The notes under the pieces are model-generated. The model was not told the DNA's origin and ran no database searches. It saw only the letters and a program-made list of their open reading frames with translations. Made by a program: the position numbers and the translations under genes. Positions 1 to 10,328 of a stretch of 64,000 bases of DNA are shown here, one piece after another (positions within the stretch are counted from its first letter, which is position 1; the number at the start of each line of letters is the position of its first letter). The stretch lies in the NCBI GenBank assembly GCA_023230925.1, contig JALNWK010000006.1, forward strand, positions 3,515 to 67,514, written 5' to 3'. The stretch comes from Limnochordia bacterium. Lineage in GTDB: Bacteria; Bacillota; Limnochordia; DUMW01.

Positions 1-10
1 ACGACGTATC

Positions 11-193
11 ATGTATCTTAACTTCGTTGCGGGAGTTGTGCGGGGTTTTGGAATTGCAGTCGGCTTTACGGTAGTGGGAGCGGTTTTTCTCCTGTTACTT
101 ACTCGTCTTGCTTCCTTAAATCTACCAGTGATCGGAGATTATATTGCGCAGCTTACTAAGATCGTCATGGAAAGACTAGCTACAGCACCGTAA
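11..193 (+). CDS. small hydrophobic membrane protein, unknown function
   Basis: 60-aa ORF with one or two predicted TM stretches. It lies upstream of the DksA/TraR-like gene. No recognisable family. Confidence 0.3.
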   Translation: MYLNFVAGVVRGFGIAVGFTVVGAVFLLLLTRLASLNLPVIGDYIAQLTKIVMERLATAP

Positions 194-210
194 AACAGGA
201 GGTATCTGTC

Positions 211-828
211 ATGAATCAACTATCTCATGAGGAATTGATGAAACTAAAGAGTCAATTGGTTGCCTACCAACACCAACTGCAGAACAGAATTGCGGGAATT
301 CAAGCCGGGCTAACACAGAGTATGACCCAATCGGTGGGTGAGCTTTCTGCCTACGACCAACATACCTCGGATTTAGGAGCAGAAATGTTTGAACGGAGTA
401 AGGATTTAGGACTAAAGGATAACCTAAACGTGCTTGCCGGAAAGGTGCAAGATGCCCTAGAGGCCATAGAAGAGGGTTCCTATGGGGTTTGTGATGGTTG
501 CGGTCAACCGATTGATTCCGATCGGCTCCGGGCCATTCCCTATACTACCTTGTGTTATGGGTGCAGTGAGAGATTGCCCGATGGAGACAGACGTCCTGTA
601 GAGGAGGAAGTGCTAAAACCTCCCTTCGGGAGAAGTTTCAAGGATGGACAAGACTATACTGGGTACGATGGAGAAGACGCCTGGCAAGAGCTTGCCCGGT
701 GGGGTAATGCCAACTCGCCCCAGGATGTACCCCCAGCGGTAGATGTCAGTCAGGCCTATGTAGATGCTGACGAACTCCAAGGTATAGTGGAAGAAGTCGA
801 AGGACTAAGCAGAAGGCCCCAGCATTGA
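211..828 (+). CDS. DksA/TraR-family C4 zinc-finger protein (YteA-like)
   Basis: RBS aggagg lies 7 nt upstream of the ATG. N-terminal coiled-coil region followed by a CxxC-x17-CxxC zinc finger (GVCDGCGQPI...LCYGCSE), typical of the DksA/TraR/YteA family that precedes lspA in Firmicutes. Confidence 0.65.
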   Translation: MNQLSHEELMKLKSQLVAYQHQLQNRIAGIQAGLTQSMTQSVGELSAYDQHTSDLGAEMFERSKDLGLKDNLNVLAGKVQDALEAIEEGSYGVCDGCGQPIDSDRLRAIPYTTLCYGCSERLPDGDRRPVEEEVLKPPFGRSFKDGQDYTGYDGEDAWQELARWGNANSPQDVPPAVDVSQAYVDADELQGIVEEVEGLSRRPQH

Positions 829-928
829 ATAAGCTAGGAATATGTGCTAAAATATTTTAGGCCTGTACTGGCTATTCCAACATTGTTTGGGCATCTTCAC
901 CGAAATTACTTTGCCGGGGGTAGGGGAT

Positions 929-1381
929 ATGCTATATGCGGTTATTGGGGCAATGGTAGTCATTTTGGATCAGGTGACTAAGCTTTTGGTGCAGTCCAAG
1001 ATGCATGTGGGGCAGTCCATCAAAGTGCTCCACCCGGTACTATATTTTACCTATGTGAAGAATCCAGGAGCAGCCTTTGGTATTTTCCCCGCTGGCTCCT
1101 TTTTATTTGTGATTATTACCTTCGTGGTCCTTGCAGGCGTCCTTTGGTATCTATACCGAGCCCGACCTAAAGATCCGCGTCTTCTCTGGGGGATTGTTTT
1201 TTGTGCCAGCGGTGCTTTGGGAAACGTGATTGATCGTCTGCGAATTGGCAAAGTAGTAGATTTCATTGATGTCCGGATTTGGCCAATTTTCAATGTCGCA
1301 GACATGGCGATTGTTCTCGGGGTTATTCTTGTACTCCTATATACCTTAAAGCAGCCTAGCAGTAAGGCTACTGTAGAATGA
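929..1381 (+). CDS. lspA: lipoprotein signal peptidase II
   Basis: MLYAVIGAMVVILDQVTKLLV N-terminus and conserved NxGAAFG, VVDFID, FNVADMAIV motifs. Start moved to the internal ATG at 929, which has a GGGTAGGGGA RBS. The track ORF is extended upstream to 887. Confidence 0.85.
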   Translation: MLYAVIGAMVVILDQVTKLLVQSKMHVGQSIKVLHPVLYFTYVKNPGAAFGIFPAGSFLFVIITFVVLAGVLWYLYRARPKDPRLLWGIVFCASGALGNVIDRLRIGKVVDFIDVRIWPIFNVADMAIVLGVILVLLYTLKQPSSKATVE

Positions 1382-1400
1382 ACGGTGGTGAGACGGTAAT

Positions 1401-2351
1401 TTGCACGATCTTGATCCTGCGGTAATGATTGTTTCTACTTCAGACAGCAACAAACAGCGTCTGGATATTTTTTTGACCAGGCACCCCCAAATTCCGTCTC
1501 GTTCCGTGGCACGGCGGCTGATCGATGAAGGCAAAGTGTTAGTCAACGGCGCAGTTTGCAAACCGAGTTACCGAACGAGTTACGGGGACCAGGTGGAAGT
1601 GTACATTCCCCGGGCCCGGGTGGTGGAGTTAGAGCCCCAAGATATCCCATTGGATATTATCTATGAAGATGAGGATTTGTTGCTAGTTAACAAACCAGCA
1701 GGGATGGTGGTACACCCAGCTCCGGGTAATGAGACGGGGACTTTAGTAAATGCTTTGTTGGCCCACTGCCAAGAGCTATCGCAAATAGGTGGTATAAAAC
1801 GCCCAGGGATCGTACATCGTCTGGATAAAGACACCTCGGGACTCTTGATTGTGGCCAAGAACGATAGGGCCCATATGGGCCTGGCGGAGCAGATGAAGTT
1901 GCGCACAGTACGCCGTGTGTATTGGGCATTGGTGCAAGGACAGGTCAGTTTAGATCAAGGGAAGATCGAAGCACCCATTGGACGACACTTCCTTGATCGC
2001 AGGAAGATGGCAGTAAGGTATGCCGGGGGACGAAACGCGATTACATACTATTACGTTAAAGAACGATTCTGTCATTTTACCCGGATAGATGCGCAGATCA
2101 TCACCGGACGGACCCACCAAATCCGCGTGCACCTGGCCTTCATCAACCATCCCATCGTGGGGGATACAAAGTACGGTGGAGGGGTGTTTAATTTGGGCCT
2201 GCAAAGGCAGGCGCTCCATGCAGCTGAACTTGAGTTTACCCATCCCTGTACGGGAAAACTGCTGCGGTTTAATGCTCCCTTACCCGAGGATCTTAAGGGT
2301 GTGATGGGGATTTTGCGCGGGCCAAGGTCAAAGGAGGAGCAAGGATGTTAA
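1401..2351 (+). CDS. rluD: 23S rRNA pseudouridine synthase, RluA/RluD family
   Basis: S4 domain (RLDIFL...SRS..RRLI) followed by the [11 protein letters not shown] catalytic motif. lspA-rluD-pyrR synteny as in Bacillus. TTG start at 1401 with a GGTGGTGAG RBS. The true start could be the ATG at 1428. Confidence 0.8.
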   Translation: MHDLDPAVMIVSTSDSNKQRLDIFLTRHPQIPSRSVARRLIDEGKVLVNGAVCKPSYRTSYGDQVEVYIPRARVVELEPQDIPLDIIYEDEDLLLVNKPAGMVVHPAPGNETGTLVNALLAHCQELSQIGGIKRPGIVHRLDKDTSGLLIVAKNDRAHMGLAEQMKLRTVRRVYWALVQGQVSLDQGKIEAPIGRHFLDRRKMAVRYAGGRNAITYYYVKERFCHFTRIDAQIITGRTHQIRVHLAFINHPIVGDTKYGGGVFNLGLQRQALHAAELEFTHPCTGKLLRFNAPLPEDLKGVMGILRGPRSKEEQGC

Positions 2352-2887
2352 GATTTAAGAGACAAGTCTTAGATGAGAGGGAAATGGATCGGGTCTTAGA
2401 TCGCATTACCCATCAGATCCTAGAGCGAAGCGGTGGGGTGGAGAATCTTGTGGTGATAGGGATTCGCACTCGGGGCGTGCCCTTAGCGAAGCGTTTAGTG
2501 CAAAAGCTGGAAGCTGTGGAGGAAAGAGAGGTTCCCTTCGGGATCCTAGACATTAACCTTTACCGTGATGATCTTTCCCTAGCATCGGCCCAGCCAGTTA
2601 TTCGCACCACCGATGTGCCCTTCGATATTAATGGTAAAGTTGTAGTATTGGTGGATGATGTGCTGTTCACCGGTAGAACCGTGCGCTCAGCCCTTGATGC
2701 TCTAATTGATTTAGGTCGGCCTCGGGCAATCCAATTGGCCGTGCTTGTTGATCGGGGCCACCGGGAGCTACCGATTAGTGCTGACTTTGTAGGAAAAGAA
2801 GTACCGACTGCTAAAAATGAGGTTGTGAAGGTCTGCTTAGCCGAGATCGATGGTCAAGATGCGGTAAACTTGATGGAAAGATGCTGA
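2345..2887 (+). CDS. pyrR: bifunctional pyrimidine operon regulator / uracil phosphoribosyltransferase PyrR
   Basis: 180 aa with a PRTase motif ([13 protein letters not shown]). AAGGAGG RBS. Overlaps the rluD stop. Immediately precedes pyrB. Confidence 0.9.
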   Translation: MLRFKRQVLDEREMDRVLDRITHQILERSGGVENLVVIGIRTRGVPLAKRLVQKLEAVEEREVPFGILDINLYRDDLSLASAQPVIRTTDVPFDINGKVVVLVDDVLFTGRTVRSALDALIDLGRPRAIQLAVLVDRGHRELPISADFVGKEVPTAKNEVVKVCLAEIDGQDAVNLMERC

Positions 2888-2900
2888 AGGAGGGGTTGGT

Positions 2901-3842
2901 GTGGGATTACGCGGTAAGGATCTGCTCGGGTTACAACCTTTGACACCGGAGGAGATCCAGTTAATCTTAGAAACAGCCAAACCTTGCAAACAGATTCTAA
3001 CCAGGGCTGTCAAGAAAACACCAGCCCTCCGAGGAAAGGTGGTCGCCAATCTGTTCTATGAACCTAGCACCCGGACTCGGAATTCCTTTGAGATGGCGGC
3101 AAAGGCCATGAGTGCCGATGTGATTAACGTGGCCGTGGCCCAAAGTAGTGTGCAAAAGGGAGAAAGCCTTCTTGACACAGCGAAAACGCTATGTGCCCTA
3201 GGAACAGACGTGATCATTTTGCGCCATTATGCGGCGGGTTCTTCCACTTTTTTGGCCCGGGAGGTGGATGTTAGTGTGATCAATGCCGGAGATGGCTGGC
3301 ACGAACATCCTACCCAAGCCCTACTGGACCTATTTACGATTCAGGAACACAAGAAGCAGATTGAAGGCCTGCGGGTTCTAATCATCGGGGACATTTTACA
3401 TAGTCGGGTGGCCCGATCAAATATTTGGGGGTTGTCTAAGCTGGGTGCTGATGTTTTTATAGCTGGTCCGCCCACCCTGATCCCTGCGGATATTGGAAAA
3501 CTAGGTGTTAAGGTCGTCTATGATTTGGACAAGTTCTTGCCTAGTATGGATGTAGTTAACCTGCTCCGGGTACAAAAGGAGCGGCATCATCGGGTGGCCT
3601 TTCCGTCTATACGGGATTATGTCAGTACCTTTGGCCTACACCGGGAACGTCTAGATTTCTTGCGTGATGATTGCTTGATTTTGCATCCCGGACCAACTAA
3701 TCTGGGGGTAGAACTGAGTCCTGTTGTGGCAGACGACCCCCGGGCAGTGATTACCGAGCAGGTTACCAATGGTGTAGCGGTACGTATGGCCCTTTTGTAT
3801 TTGCTTTTGGCGGGAGGTAGAATAGATGAGCCTGTTGATTAA
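2901..3842 (+). CDS. pyrB: aspartate carbamoyltransferase catalytic subunit
   Basis: STRTR and HPTQ motifs and the HPGP/LHP motif of ATCase. GAAGGAGG RBS with a GTG start. Confidence 0.9.
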   Translation: MGLRGKDLLGLQPLTPEEIQLILETAKPCKQILTRAVKKTPALRGKVVANLFYEPSTRTRNSFEMAAKAMSADVINVAVAQSSVQKGESLLDTAKTLCALGTDVIILRHYAAGSSTFLAREVDVSVINAGDGWHEHPTQALLDLFTIQEHKKQIEGLRVLIIGDILHSRVARSNIWGLSKLGADVFIAGPPTLIPADIGKLGVKVVYDLDKFLPSMDVVNLLRVQKERHHRVAFPSIRDYVSTFGLHRERLDFLRDDCLILHPGPTNLGVELSPVVADDPRAVITEQVTNGVAVRMALLYLLLAGGRIDEPVD

Positions 3843-5121
3843 AAACGCCTTGGTCATTGACCCGATTACAAATCTGGATCGGGTTTTGCTAGACATTTAC
3901 ATTGAGGATCAACAGATTGTGCAGATTGCACCTAGGATTGAGGAAATACCCGGGATGGAGGTATATGATGCTCATGGTCTTTGGGCGGCACCGGGGCTTG
4001 TGGATATCCATGTGCATCTGCGTCAGCCCGGGCGAGAGGATAAGGAGACCGTAAGAACCGGTACCTTGGCCGCAGCGGCGGGTGGGTTTGCTGCTGTTGC
4101 CTGTATGCCTAACACTCACCCAGTTCTTGACGGGGAGACCGTCTTAGGGTTTTTGCAGCAGGTTATTCAACAAGACGCCGTGGTTGATGTATACCCGATT
4201 GGTGCTATTAGCAAGGGACTCCAAGGTGAGGAACTAGCAGAGCTTACGGAGATGGCTAAAGCCGGTGTTCGGGCCTTCTCCGATGATGGACATTGTGTTA
4301 ACGATGGTTTCTTGATGCGCCAGGCGCTGGAATATGCCAAAATGCTAGATGTGCCCTTGATCTGTCATGCGGAGGATGCGAAACTAGCCGATGGTGGAGT
4401 GATGCACGAGGGGTATTGGTCTACGGTATTGGGTTTACCACCCATTAGTCCCGTTGCGGAGGAAGCCATCATTGCCCGGGACTTGCTTTTGGCAGAGAAG
4501 ATCGGCGCACGATTACATATTGCCCATGTGAGCACCGCAGGCTCTGTGGACTTACTCCGCTGGGGGAAGGCGCGCGGAATCAGAGTTACTGGAGAGGTGA
4601 CCCCCCATCATTTGACCTTGACCGACGAGGCGGTCAGTACCTTTGATACTAACACCAAGGTCAATCCGCCCTTACGATCTATTGAGGATGTACAGGCTGT
4701 ACGTCGGGGACTGGCCGATGGGACTATTGATTGTATTGCATCGGACCACGCACCCCATACCAGAGAGGAGAAGGAGCAGGAGTACATTCATGCACCCTTC
4801 GGCCTGATTGGTCTGGAGACAACGGTACCGGTGGTGATGTCTGAACTGGTGGGTCGGGGACATTTGGCGCCGCTGCGGGCGGTTGAAGCCCTCTCGACGA
4901 AACCGGCCAGTATTTTAGGCTTGGAGCCCTTTTCCATTGCGCCGGGTAGGATTGCCAACATCACACTGATTGATCCTAACCTGGAGAAGACCGTAAAGCC
5001 CGATGAATTCTACAGCAAAAGCTGTAATACCCCCTTTGCCGACAAGAGACTAAAGGGCTGGCCCAAGGCTTTGATCTATCATGGACAGATAATTATGCGG
5101 GATGGTGTTGTGGGTGATTAG
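3826..5121 (+). CDS. pyrC: dihydroorotase
   Basis: DIHVHLRQPG metal-binding motif. 431 aa. Overlaps the pyrB stop. Confidence 0.9.
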   Translation: MSLLIKNALVIDPITNLDRVLLDIYIEDQQIVQIAPRIEEIPGMEVYDAHGLWAAPGLVDIHVHLRQPGREDKETVRTGTLAAAAGGFAAVACMPNTHPVLDGETVLGFLQQVIQQDAVVDVYPIGAISKGLQGEELAELTEMAKAGVRAFSDDGHCVNDGFLMRQALEYAKMLDVPLICHAEDAKLADGGVMHEGYWSTVLGLPPISPVAEEAIIARDLLLAEKIGARLHIAHVSTAGSVDLLRWGKARGIRVTGEVTPHHLTLTDEAVSTFDTNTKVNPPLRSIEDVQAVRRGLADGTIDCIASDHAPHTREEKEQEYIHAPFGLIGLETTVPVVMSELVGRGHLAPLRAVEALSTKPASILGLEPFSIAPGRIANITLIDPNLEKTVKPDEFYSKSCNTPFADKRLKGWPKALIYHGQIIMRDGVVGD

Positions 5122-6049
5122 TTTCTCAGATCGTCTAGATCAGAAGATTACGGAAAAGCAAAGCCATGTGGTGGTGGGACTGGATCCCCGCTGGCACTTG
5201 ATTCCTGAGTATCTTAAGCAGGAGGCAACCAAACAGTTTGGTCAAGGACCGGAAGCGATCAAGGAGGTCTTGTTCCAGTTCGGCTTGGGGATTATGGAAG
5301 CTGTGGCTGAGTATGCTGTGGCTATTAAACCCCAGTTTGCCTTTTTTGAACAGTTCGGTCCCTGGGGGATGCTCGCCTTGCAGGAGTTAGTCTTGGAGGC
5401 GGGAAAGCTCGGACTTCTGGTAATTGGTGATGGAAAGAGAAACGATATTGGTTCCACAGCAGAGGCCTATGCCAATGCCTACCTCGGGAAGGTAGACATC
5501 TTTGAACAGAAGACCCAAGTATGGTCTATGGACGCATTAACGGTTAACGCTTATCTTGGGGTAGATGGAGTACGCCCCTTTATTAATGTTGCCAAAGAAC
5601 ATGGTAACGGCCTATTTGTTCTGCTTAGAACCTCGAACCCCTCTGCCAGTGACTTTCAGGATCTCACCTGTGCCAAAGGAAAGGCCTATGAGGCGGTGGC
5701 AGCAAAGGTGGCAGAATGGGTGGTCGGGGAAGAAATGGGCCAATGCGGTTACAGTTTTATTGGTGTAGTGGTTGGGGCTACCTATCCTGATGATGCAAAG
5801 AGACTACGAGAGTTATTGCCCCATTGCATCTTTTTGGTGCCTGGATATGGAGCCCAGGGGGCCGGTGCTTTGGAGGTATTGCCCTGTTTTGATGAGAACG
5901 GGAAAGGTGCTGTGGTAAACTCAGCCCGGGATATCATTTTTGCTTATACGAAGCCTGCCTATGCTGAATATGGGGAGCGCAACTTTGCTGATGCGGCCCG
6001 CCAGGCAGCAAAAACTATGCGGGATGACTTACTACGGGTTGTGGGTTAA
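5102..6049 (+). CDS. pyrF: orotidine-5'-phosphate decarboxylase (long, type-2 form)
   Basis: About 310 aa with a VVGLDP...KxQ core. Long-form PyrF as in Actinobacteria and some Clostridia. The start is uncertain; GTG at 5114 is also possible. Confidence 0.8.
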   Translation: MVLWVISFSDRLDQKITEKQSHVVVGLDPRWHLIPEYLKQEATKQFGQGPEAIKEVLFQFGLGIMEAVAEYAVAIKPQFAFFEQFGPWGMLALQELVLEAGKLGLLVIGDGKRNDIGSTAEAYANAYLGKVDIFEQKTQVWSMDALTVNAYLGVDGVRPFINVAKEHGNGLFVLLRTSNPSASDFQDLTCAKGKAYEAVAAKVAEWVVGEEMGQCGYSFIGVVVGATYPDDAKRLRELLPHCIFLVPGYGAQGAGALEVLPCFDENGKGAVVNSARDIIFAYTKPAYAEYGERNFADAARQAAKTMRDDLLRVVG

Positions 6050-6064
6050 GTGGGGGATGAACTG

Positions 6065-6874
6065 ATGCAAAGGGAATACTCAGGACTGCTTGTGGAAAAT
6101 TACAAAGTGGCTGAAGACTGCCATCTGTTTACGATTGAAAGTAGAGATCTTAAAGATGCAGAACCGGGGCAGTTTATCCATGTATTGCCACGGGCAGGGC
6201 ACCAAGTACCTGTATCGAGTGATCCCCTGCTACGGCGTCCAATTAGCATCTACGATATAGACGAGGAACAAAAGACCCTAAAGATCCTGTTTCGGGTGGT
6301 GGGAAGGGGAACCAAGGCTTTAAGTATGCTATCTCCTGGGGAACTCATTGATTTCCTTGGACCCATCGGTAGAGGTTTCGAACTCCCCACCACAGGGGGA
6401 TGCGAACTGGCCCTTGTGGGAGGCGGAATCGGTTTGGCCCCATTATTTTTGTTGGCCCGTCGGTTGATCCAGGCCGGTCACCGGGTGCGGGCATTCTTTG
6501 GCTTTCGAAGCCAAGCCGATTGCATCGATGTAGGTCCCTTTAGTGAAATTGGCTGTGCTGTAGAGGTATTCACGGAAGATGGTTCCCTCGGTGTTCAAGG
6601 ATTCCCCACGCAGGGGTTAGTCGAAGCCCTACCGGGTCTAGATGGCGTTTACGCCTGTGGTCCTGTGGGCATGTTGGCCGCGGTGGCACGATTTGCGAGG
6701 GACCTGCCTTGCCAAGTCTCCATGGAAGAACGAATGGGATGTGGGGTAGGTGCGTGCCTTGCCTGTGCCTGTAAAGTCAAAGGTCAAAAGGGCTATGTAC
6801 GGGTATGTGTGGACGGTCCTGTATTTAATGCGGCCGAGATAGACTTTGATCACTTACTGGGAAAACAGCGTTGA
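6065..6874 (+). CDS. pyrK: dihydroorotate dehydrogenase electron-transfer subunit
   Basis: FAD/NAD-binding ferredoxin-reductase fold. C-terminal Cys cluster (CGxGxCxAC...C) for a 2Fe-2S centre. Start set at the ATG at 6065 after a GGGGGATGA RBS. Confidence 0.85.
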   Translation: MQREYSGLLVENYKVAEDCHLFTIESRDLKDAEPGQFIHVLPRAGHQVPVSSDPLLRRPISIYDIDEEQKTLKILFRVVGRGTKALSMLSPGELIDFLGPIGRGFELPTTGGCELALVGGGIGLAPLFLLARRLIQAGHRVRAFFGFRSQADCIDVGPFSEIGCAVEVFTEDGSLGVQGFPTQGLVEALPGLDGVYACGPVGMLAAVARFARDLPCQVSMEERMGCGVGACLACACKVKGQKGYVRVCVDGPVFNAAEIDFDHLLGKQR

Positions 6875-6921
6875 AGGAGGGATGAACGGATGCATCCTTA
6901 AGGGGGCATCCGTTTGATTGC

Positions 6922-7845
6922 ATGAAACCTGATTTGTCTATTCAGATCGGCGCGCTATCCTTGATTAATCCGGTAATGCCAGCATCGGGTACCTTTGGTA
7001 GTGGGCGGGAATATGGCCAATACTTCCCACTGGATCTTTTGGGGGCAATTGTGGTCAATGGGGTAACCTTAGAACCAAAGGAAGGTAATCGGCCGAGGCG
7101 GATCACCGAAACCCCCAGTGGGATGCTCAATGCTATCGGACTGCAAAATGCGGGTGTGACCTCCTTTATTGAAGAAGACCTTCCCTTTCTTAGAGAATGG
7201 GATGTACCGGTGGTTGTTAATATCTCGGGCAATACCGCAAGGGAGTATGGTCAGTTGGCCGAGATGCTCAGCGATGCAGCTGGGGTTGCGGGAATTGAAG
7301 TTAACATTTCCTGCCCCAACGTGAAGGCCGGGGGTATGGCCTTTGGCACCAGTGCCAGTATGGCAGCTGAAGTGACAGAGCTTGTGCGTAGATCCACTAA
7401 GCTGCCGGTTATTGTGAAACTATCGCCCAATGTAACCAGTGTGAAAGAGATTGCCCGAGCGGTGGAGGAAGCCGGTGCCGATGCCGTCTCTTTGATCAAT
7501 ACCCTCTTAGGGATGCAAATTGATCTTAAGTACCGCCGTCCAGTGCTGGGTAATACCATGGGGGGACTTTCCGGTCCGGCGGTTCGACCTATTGCAGTAA
7601 GGATGGTCTATGAGGTGTATAAAGAGCTCTCGATCCCGATTATTGGTATGGGAGGCATTGACAGTACCGAAGCAGCTCTGGAGATGATTTTGGCCGGGGC
7701 CAGTGCTGTTGCCGTTGGTACGGCGAATTTCGTAGATCCCTTCACTATGCCGAAGATTATTGCGGGTTTGGAGAAATACTTGCAAGATCACGGCATAGAT
7801 AATATACGAGTGCTAATTGGTGCAGCACATCAAGAAGGGGGTTAG
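6922..7845 (+). CDS. pyrD: dihydroorotate dehydrogenase catalytic subunit (class 1B)
   Basis: TIM-barrel DHOD motifs (NTLLGMQIDL, GGLSGPAVRPIA, GMGGI). Confidence 0.9.
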   Translation: MKPDLSIQIGALSLINPVMPASGTFGSGREYGQYFPLDLLGAIVVNGVTLEPKEGNRPRRITETPSGMLNAIGLQNAGVTSFIEEDLPFLREWDVPVVVNISGNTAREYGQLAEMLSDAAGVAGIEVNISCPNVKAGGMAFGTSASMAAEVTELVRRSTKLPVIVKLSPNVTSVKEIARAVEEAGADAVSLINTLLGMQIDLKYRRPVLGNTMGGLSGPAVRPIAVRMVYEVYKELSIPIIGMGGIDSTEAALEMILAGASAVAVGTANFVDPFTMPKIIAGLEKYLQDHGIDNIRVLIGAAHQEGG

Positions 7846-7848
7846 CAA

Positions 7849-8137
7849 AGTGAATCTAAAGGTATTTTTTCTTGCTTTTGGCACGCTTTTCCTAGCAGAG
7901 TTAGGGGACAAAACACAACTAGCGGTATTTACCCTTGCCGCCCAATACAAATCGCCCTGGCTCGTATTCGCCGGTGCTTCCCTAGGACTTTTGACGGTAA
8001 CTCTAATTAGCACATTCATTGGGCAGACGATTGTCAGATACATTCCTGCAGCGTATATTCAATTGGCGGCAGGTATCTTGTTTGTGGTTTTGGGAGTCGG
8101 TATCCTCTTGGGTGCCGCCCGGGACATGTTCGCATAA
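7849..8137 (+). CDS. UPF0016/GDT1-family membrane protein (single repeat)
   Basis: ELGDKTQL signature motif of the TMEM165/GDT1 family. GTG start at 7849 with a purine-rich RBS. Only one repeat unit, about 96 aa. Confidence 0.55.
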
Positions 8138-8149
8138 GGGGGACTTACA

Positions 8150-9019
8150 GTGGGGATCGTATTCCAGATCTTTTGGATTATCATTGTCGTCTCTGCATTT
8201 TTACCGATGTTCAAGCAGCGCCGGCTGGAGAGGGCTCGGCTTACGCTGCATCGGTCCATCGAAAAGGAGCGGGGAAGTCGCCTAATTACTCTAATTCATC
8301 GTCAGGAGTCTATGAGCTTTCTGGGATTTGCCCTCCGACGGTTTATTGATATAGAGGACTCGGAGCAGATTCTGCGGGCGATTCGTTTTACCCCGGCCAA
8401 TATGCCCATTGATTTAATACTACATACACCGGGCGGTTTAGTGTTGGCCTCGGAGCAAATTGCCAATGCCATCAAGCGTCACCCGGGGAAAGTAACGGTG
8501 TTTATTCCCCATTACGCCATGTCAGGGGGAGTGTTAATCGCCCTTGCTGCCGATGAAATTGTGGTGGATGAGAACGCAGTCCTTGGTCCCGTTGATCCAC
8601 AAATAGGGAGTTACCCGGCAGCATCTGTGGTTAAGGTATTGGAGCAGAAGGACGTCAACAGGATTGACGATGAGACACTGATTCTCATTGACGTGGCGAA
8701 GAAGGCCCTATCCCAAGTAGAGCAAACGGTGTTTGATATCCTCAAGGATAAACTCGATGAAGGTAAGGCTAAAGAGCTAGCGGCCTTGCTTAGTCAAGGA
8801 CACTGGACCCATGATTATACGTTGTCCTGCCAGAAGCTGCAGGAACTGGGCCTGAATGTCATCTGTGGGCTGCCCCGTCGTATCTATGAGCTGATGGATC
8901 TATATCCTCAGCCAGCGCAAAGAAGATCTTCGGTTGAGTACATCCCTGTCCCCTACCGGGGGGGAGAATCGGAGTCCGCTGAGGGTAACTCGGATAGTTT
9001 AAGAGTCTGGTATAAGTAA
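8150..9019 (+). CDS. Clp-fold serine protease, SDH (serine dehydrogenase proteinase / DUF114) family
   Basis: N-terminal TM segment. The run HTPGGLVLASEQIANAIKRHPGKVTVFIPHYAMSGGVLIALAADEIV is typical of ClpP/SppA-fold SDH-family proteases. Confidence 0.6.
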   Translation: MGIVFQIFWIIIVVSAFLPMFKQRRLERARLTLHRSIEKERGSRLITLIHRQESMSFLGFALRRFIDIEDSEQILRAIRFTPANMPIDLILHTPGGLVLASEQIANAIKRHPGKVTVFIPHYAMSGGVLIALAADEIVVDENAVLGPVDPQIGSYPAASVVKVLEQKDVNRIDDETLILIDVAKKALSQVEQTVFDILKDKLDEGKAKELAALLSQGHWTHDYTLSCQKLQELGLNVICGLPRRIYELMDLYPQPAQRRSSVEYIPVPYRGGESESAEGNSDSLRVWYK

Positions 9020-9049
9020 TATACTTGGGTGAACGTTGGAGGGAGTAGG

Positions 9050-9565
9050 ATGACAAAGGAAGTTTTAGTAGGGATTGTAATGGGATCCGACTCGGATCTG
9101 CCTGTGATGGCTGATGCCGCATCTTTTCTAGATGAGGTAGGGGTAGGCTATGAAATGCGGATTATCTCTGCCCATCGCACCCCGGATTTGGCCTTGGAGT
9201 ATGCCAGGACTGCTGCAGAACGTGGTTTGAAGCTAATCATCGCTGGAGCGGGTAAAGCCGCCCATTTGGCGGGGGTCCTTGCAGCCTATACCCATCTACC
9301 AGTGATTGGTGTGCCAATCCTAAGCAGTACCCTGGCGGGGACTGATGCGTTGTATTCCATCGTACAGATGCCCACCGGCATTCCCGTGGCGTGCGTTGCC
9401 ATTAACGGGGCAAAGAACGCGGCGATCTTAGCTTGTCAGATTCTTGGTACCGCTGATGATGTCATGGCGGCGACGGTAAAGAGGTTTAAGCGGGGGCTAG
9501 CCGATGAGGTCAGGGCCAAGGATCAGAAACTGCAAGAGCGGGGTTGGCGTGCCTACACCGAGTAA
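9050..9565 (+). CDS. purE: N5-carboxyaminoimidazole ribonucleotide mutase
   Basis: [20 protein letters not shown] and GAGKAAHL motifs. GGAGGGAG RBS. Confidence 0.9.
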   Translation: MTKEVLVGIVMGSDSDLPVMADAASFLDEVGVGYEMRIISAHRTPDLALEYARTAAERGLKLIIAGAGKAAHLAGVLAAYTHLPVIGVPILSSTLAGTDALYSIVQMPTGIPVACVAINGAKNAAILACQILGTADDVMAATVKRFKRGLADEVRAKDQKLQERGWRAYTE

Positions 9566-9640
9566 AGGGTTCTTGTAGCAGGGAATCTTTCCTGATTTGT
9601 GGAATGACTGTCCTAAAGTCTCGTTGAGGTGGTGGACTTA

Positions 9641-10320
9641 ATGGACTCAGGAGATCTTTCCTTGTGGGTAGCCTTTGGCGCGGGAGTAGCCTCGTTTTTC
9701 TCACCCTGTGTCTTACCTTAGTACCAAGTTATCTAAGCTATTTGACCGGCTATTCAGCCGGGGAACTGGCCTACAGCAAGAAGCTTGATCAGCTCTTCAC
9801 CAATGCAGTTGCTTTTGTGGTTGGGTTTAGCTTTGTCTTTACGCTCCTTGGTTTTCCCATGAGTTTCATTGGCCAGTGTTTGCTTGTTAACCTTGTGACT
9901 TTTCGTAAGGTGGCTGGGGTATTCATCGTTGTTTTTGGGTTGTATACTGCGGGGTGTTTCGGCTTCATCCCCTCCTTAAAGAGAGGCGGGCTGGCTATGT
10001 TTTAAAGGGTATGAGCATCTTCAACTCCTTTCCCCTGGGGGTGGCCTTCTCCTTTGGCTGGACTCCCTGTGTAGGTCCTATCCTTGGTTCTATTTTCATG
10101 TTTGCGGCGATGGGTGGGGCCATATCTAGAGGGGGACTTCTACCTATTCCTTTGGGCTGGCACTACCTTTCTTGGTTACGGCCCTAGGGGCTTCTTTTTT
10201 GCCACCCCATCTGCGCCGCTTTCATAAGCATCTAAGAACCGCAGAGATTGTCACGGGTGCTAGTGGGGATTTTGGTTTATACGGATTACTTTGCAATTCT
10301 ATCAGCAGGATGAGAGGAAG
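9641..10320 (+). pseudogene. ccdA: cytochrome c-type biogenesis protein CcdA (DsbD family), disrupted by multiple frameshifts
   Basis: Three consecutive reading frames each carry consecutive CcdA segments. The first ends SFFSPCVLP then hits TAG. The second is LVPSYLSYLTG...GFIPSLK, and the third LKERRAGYVLKGMS...FSFGWTPCVGPIL...SRGGLL. The remainder, LALPFLVTALGASFLPPHLRRFHKHL, continues in a third frame to a stop near 10320. Frame shifts lie at about 9728, about 9975 and about 10145. Confidence 0.6.
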
Positions 10321-10328
10321 ATAGACTG

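Noticed and set aside
1051-1906. Antisense or overlapping small ORFs within lspA and rluD (for example 1051-1305 minus, 1661-1929 minus)
   Set aside because: They are embedded in well-supported conserved genes on the other strand. No RBS, and the composition is Arg/Pro-rich as in spurious reverse-frame ORFs.
2200-2900. PyrR-binding attenuator hairpins upstream of pyrR / pyrB
   Set aside because: pyrR overlaps the rluD stop and pyrB follows pyrR by 14 nt. No intergenic space exists, and the conserved PyrR-binding loop motif (UCCAGAGAGGCU) was not seen within the flanking coding sequence.
9664-10187. Two separate hypothetical membrane proteins (113 aa and 77 aa) from the ORF track
   Set aside because: They are consecutive frame-shifted pieces of a single ccdA gene, not independent genes. 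See the pseudogene call.
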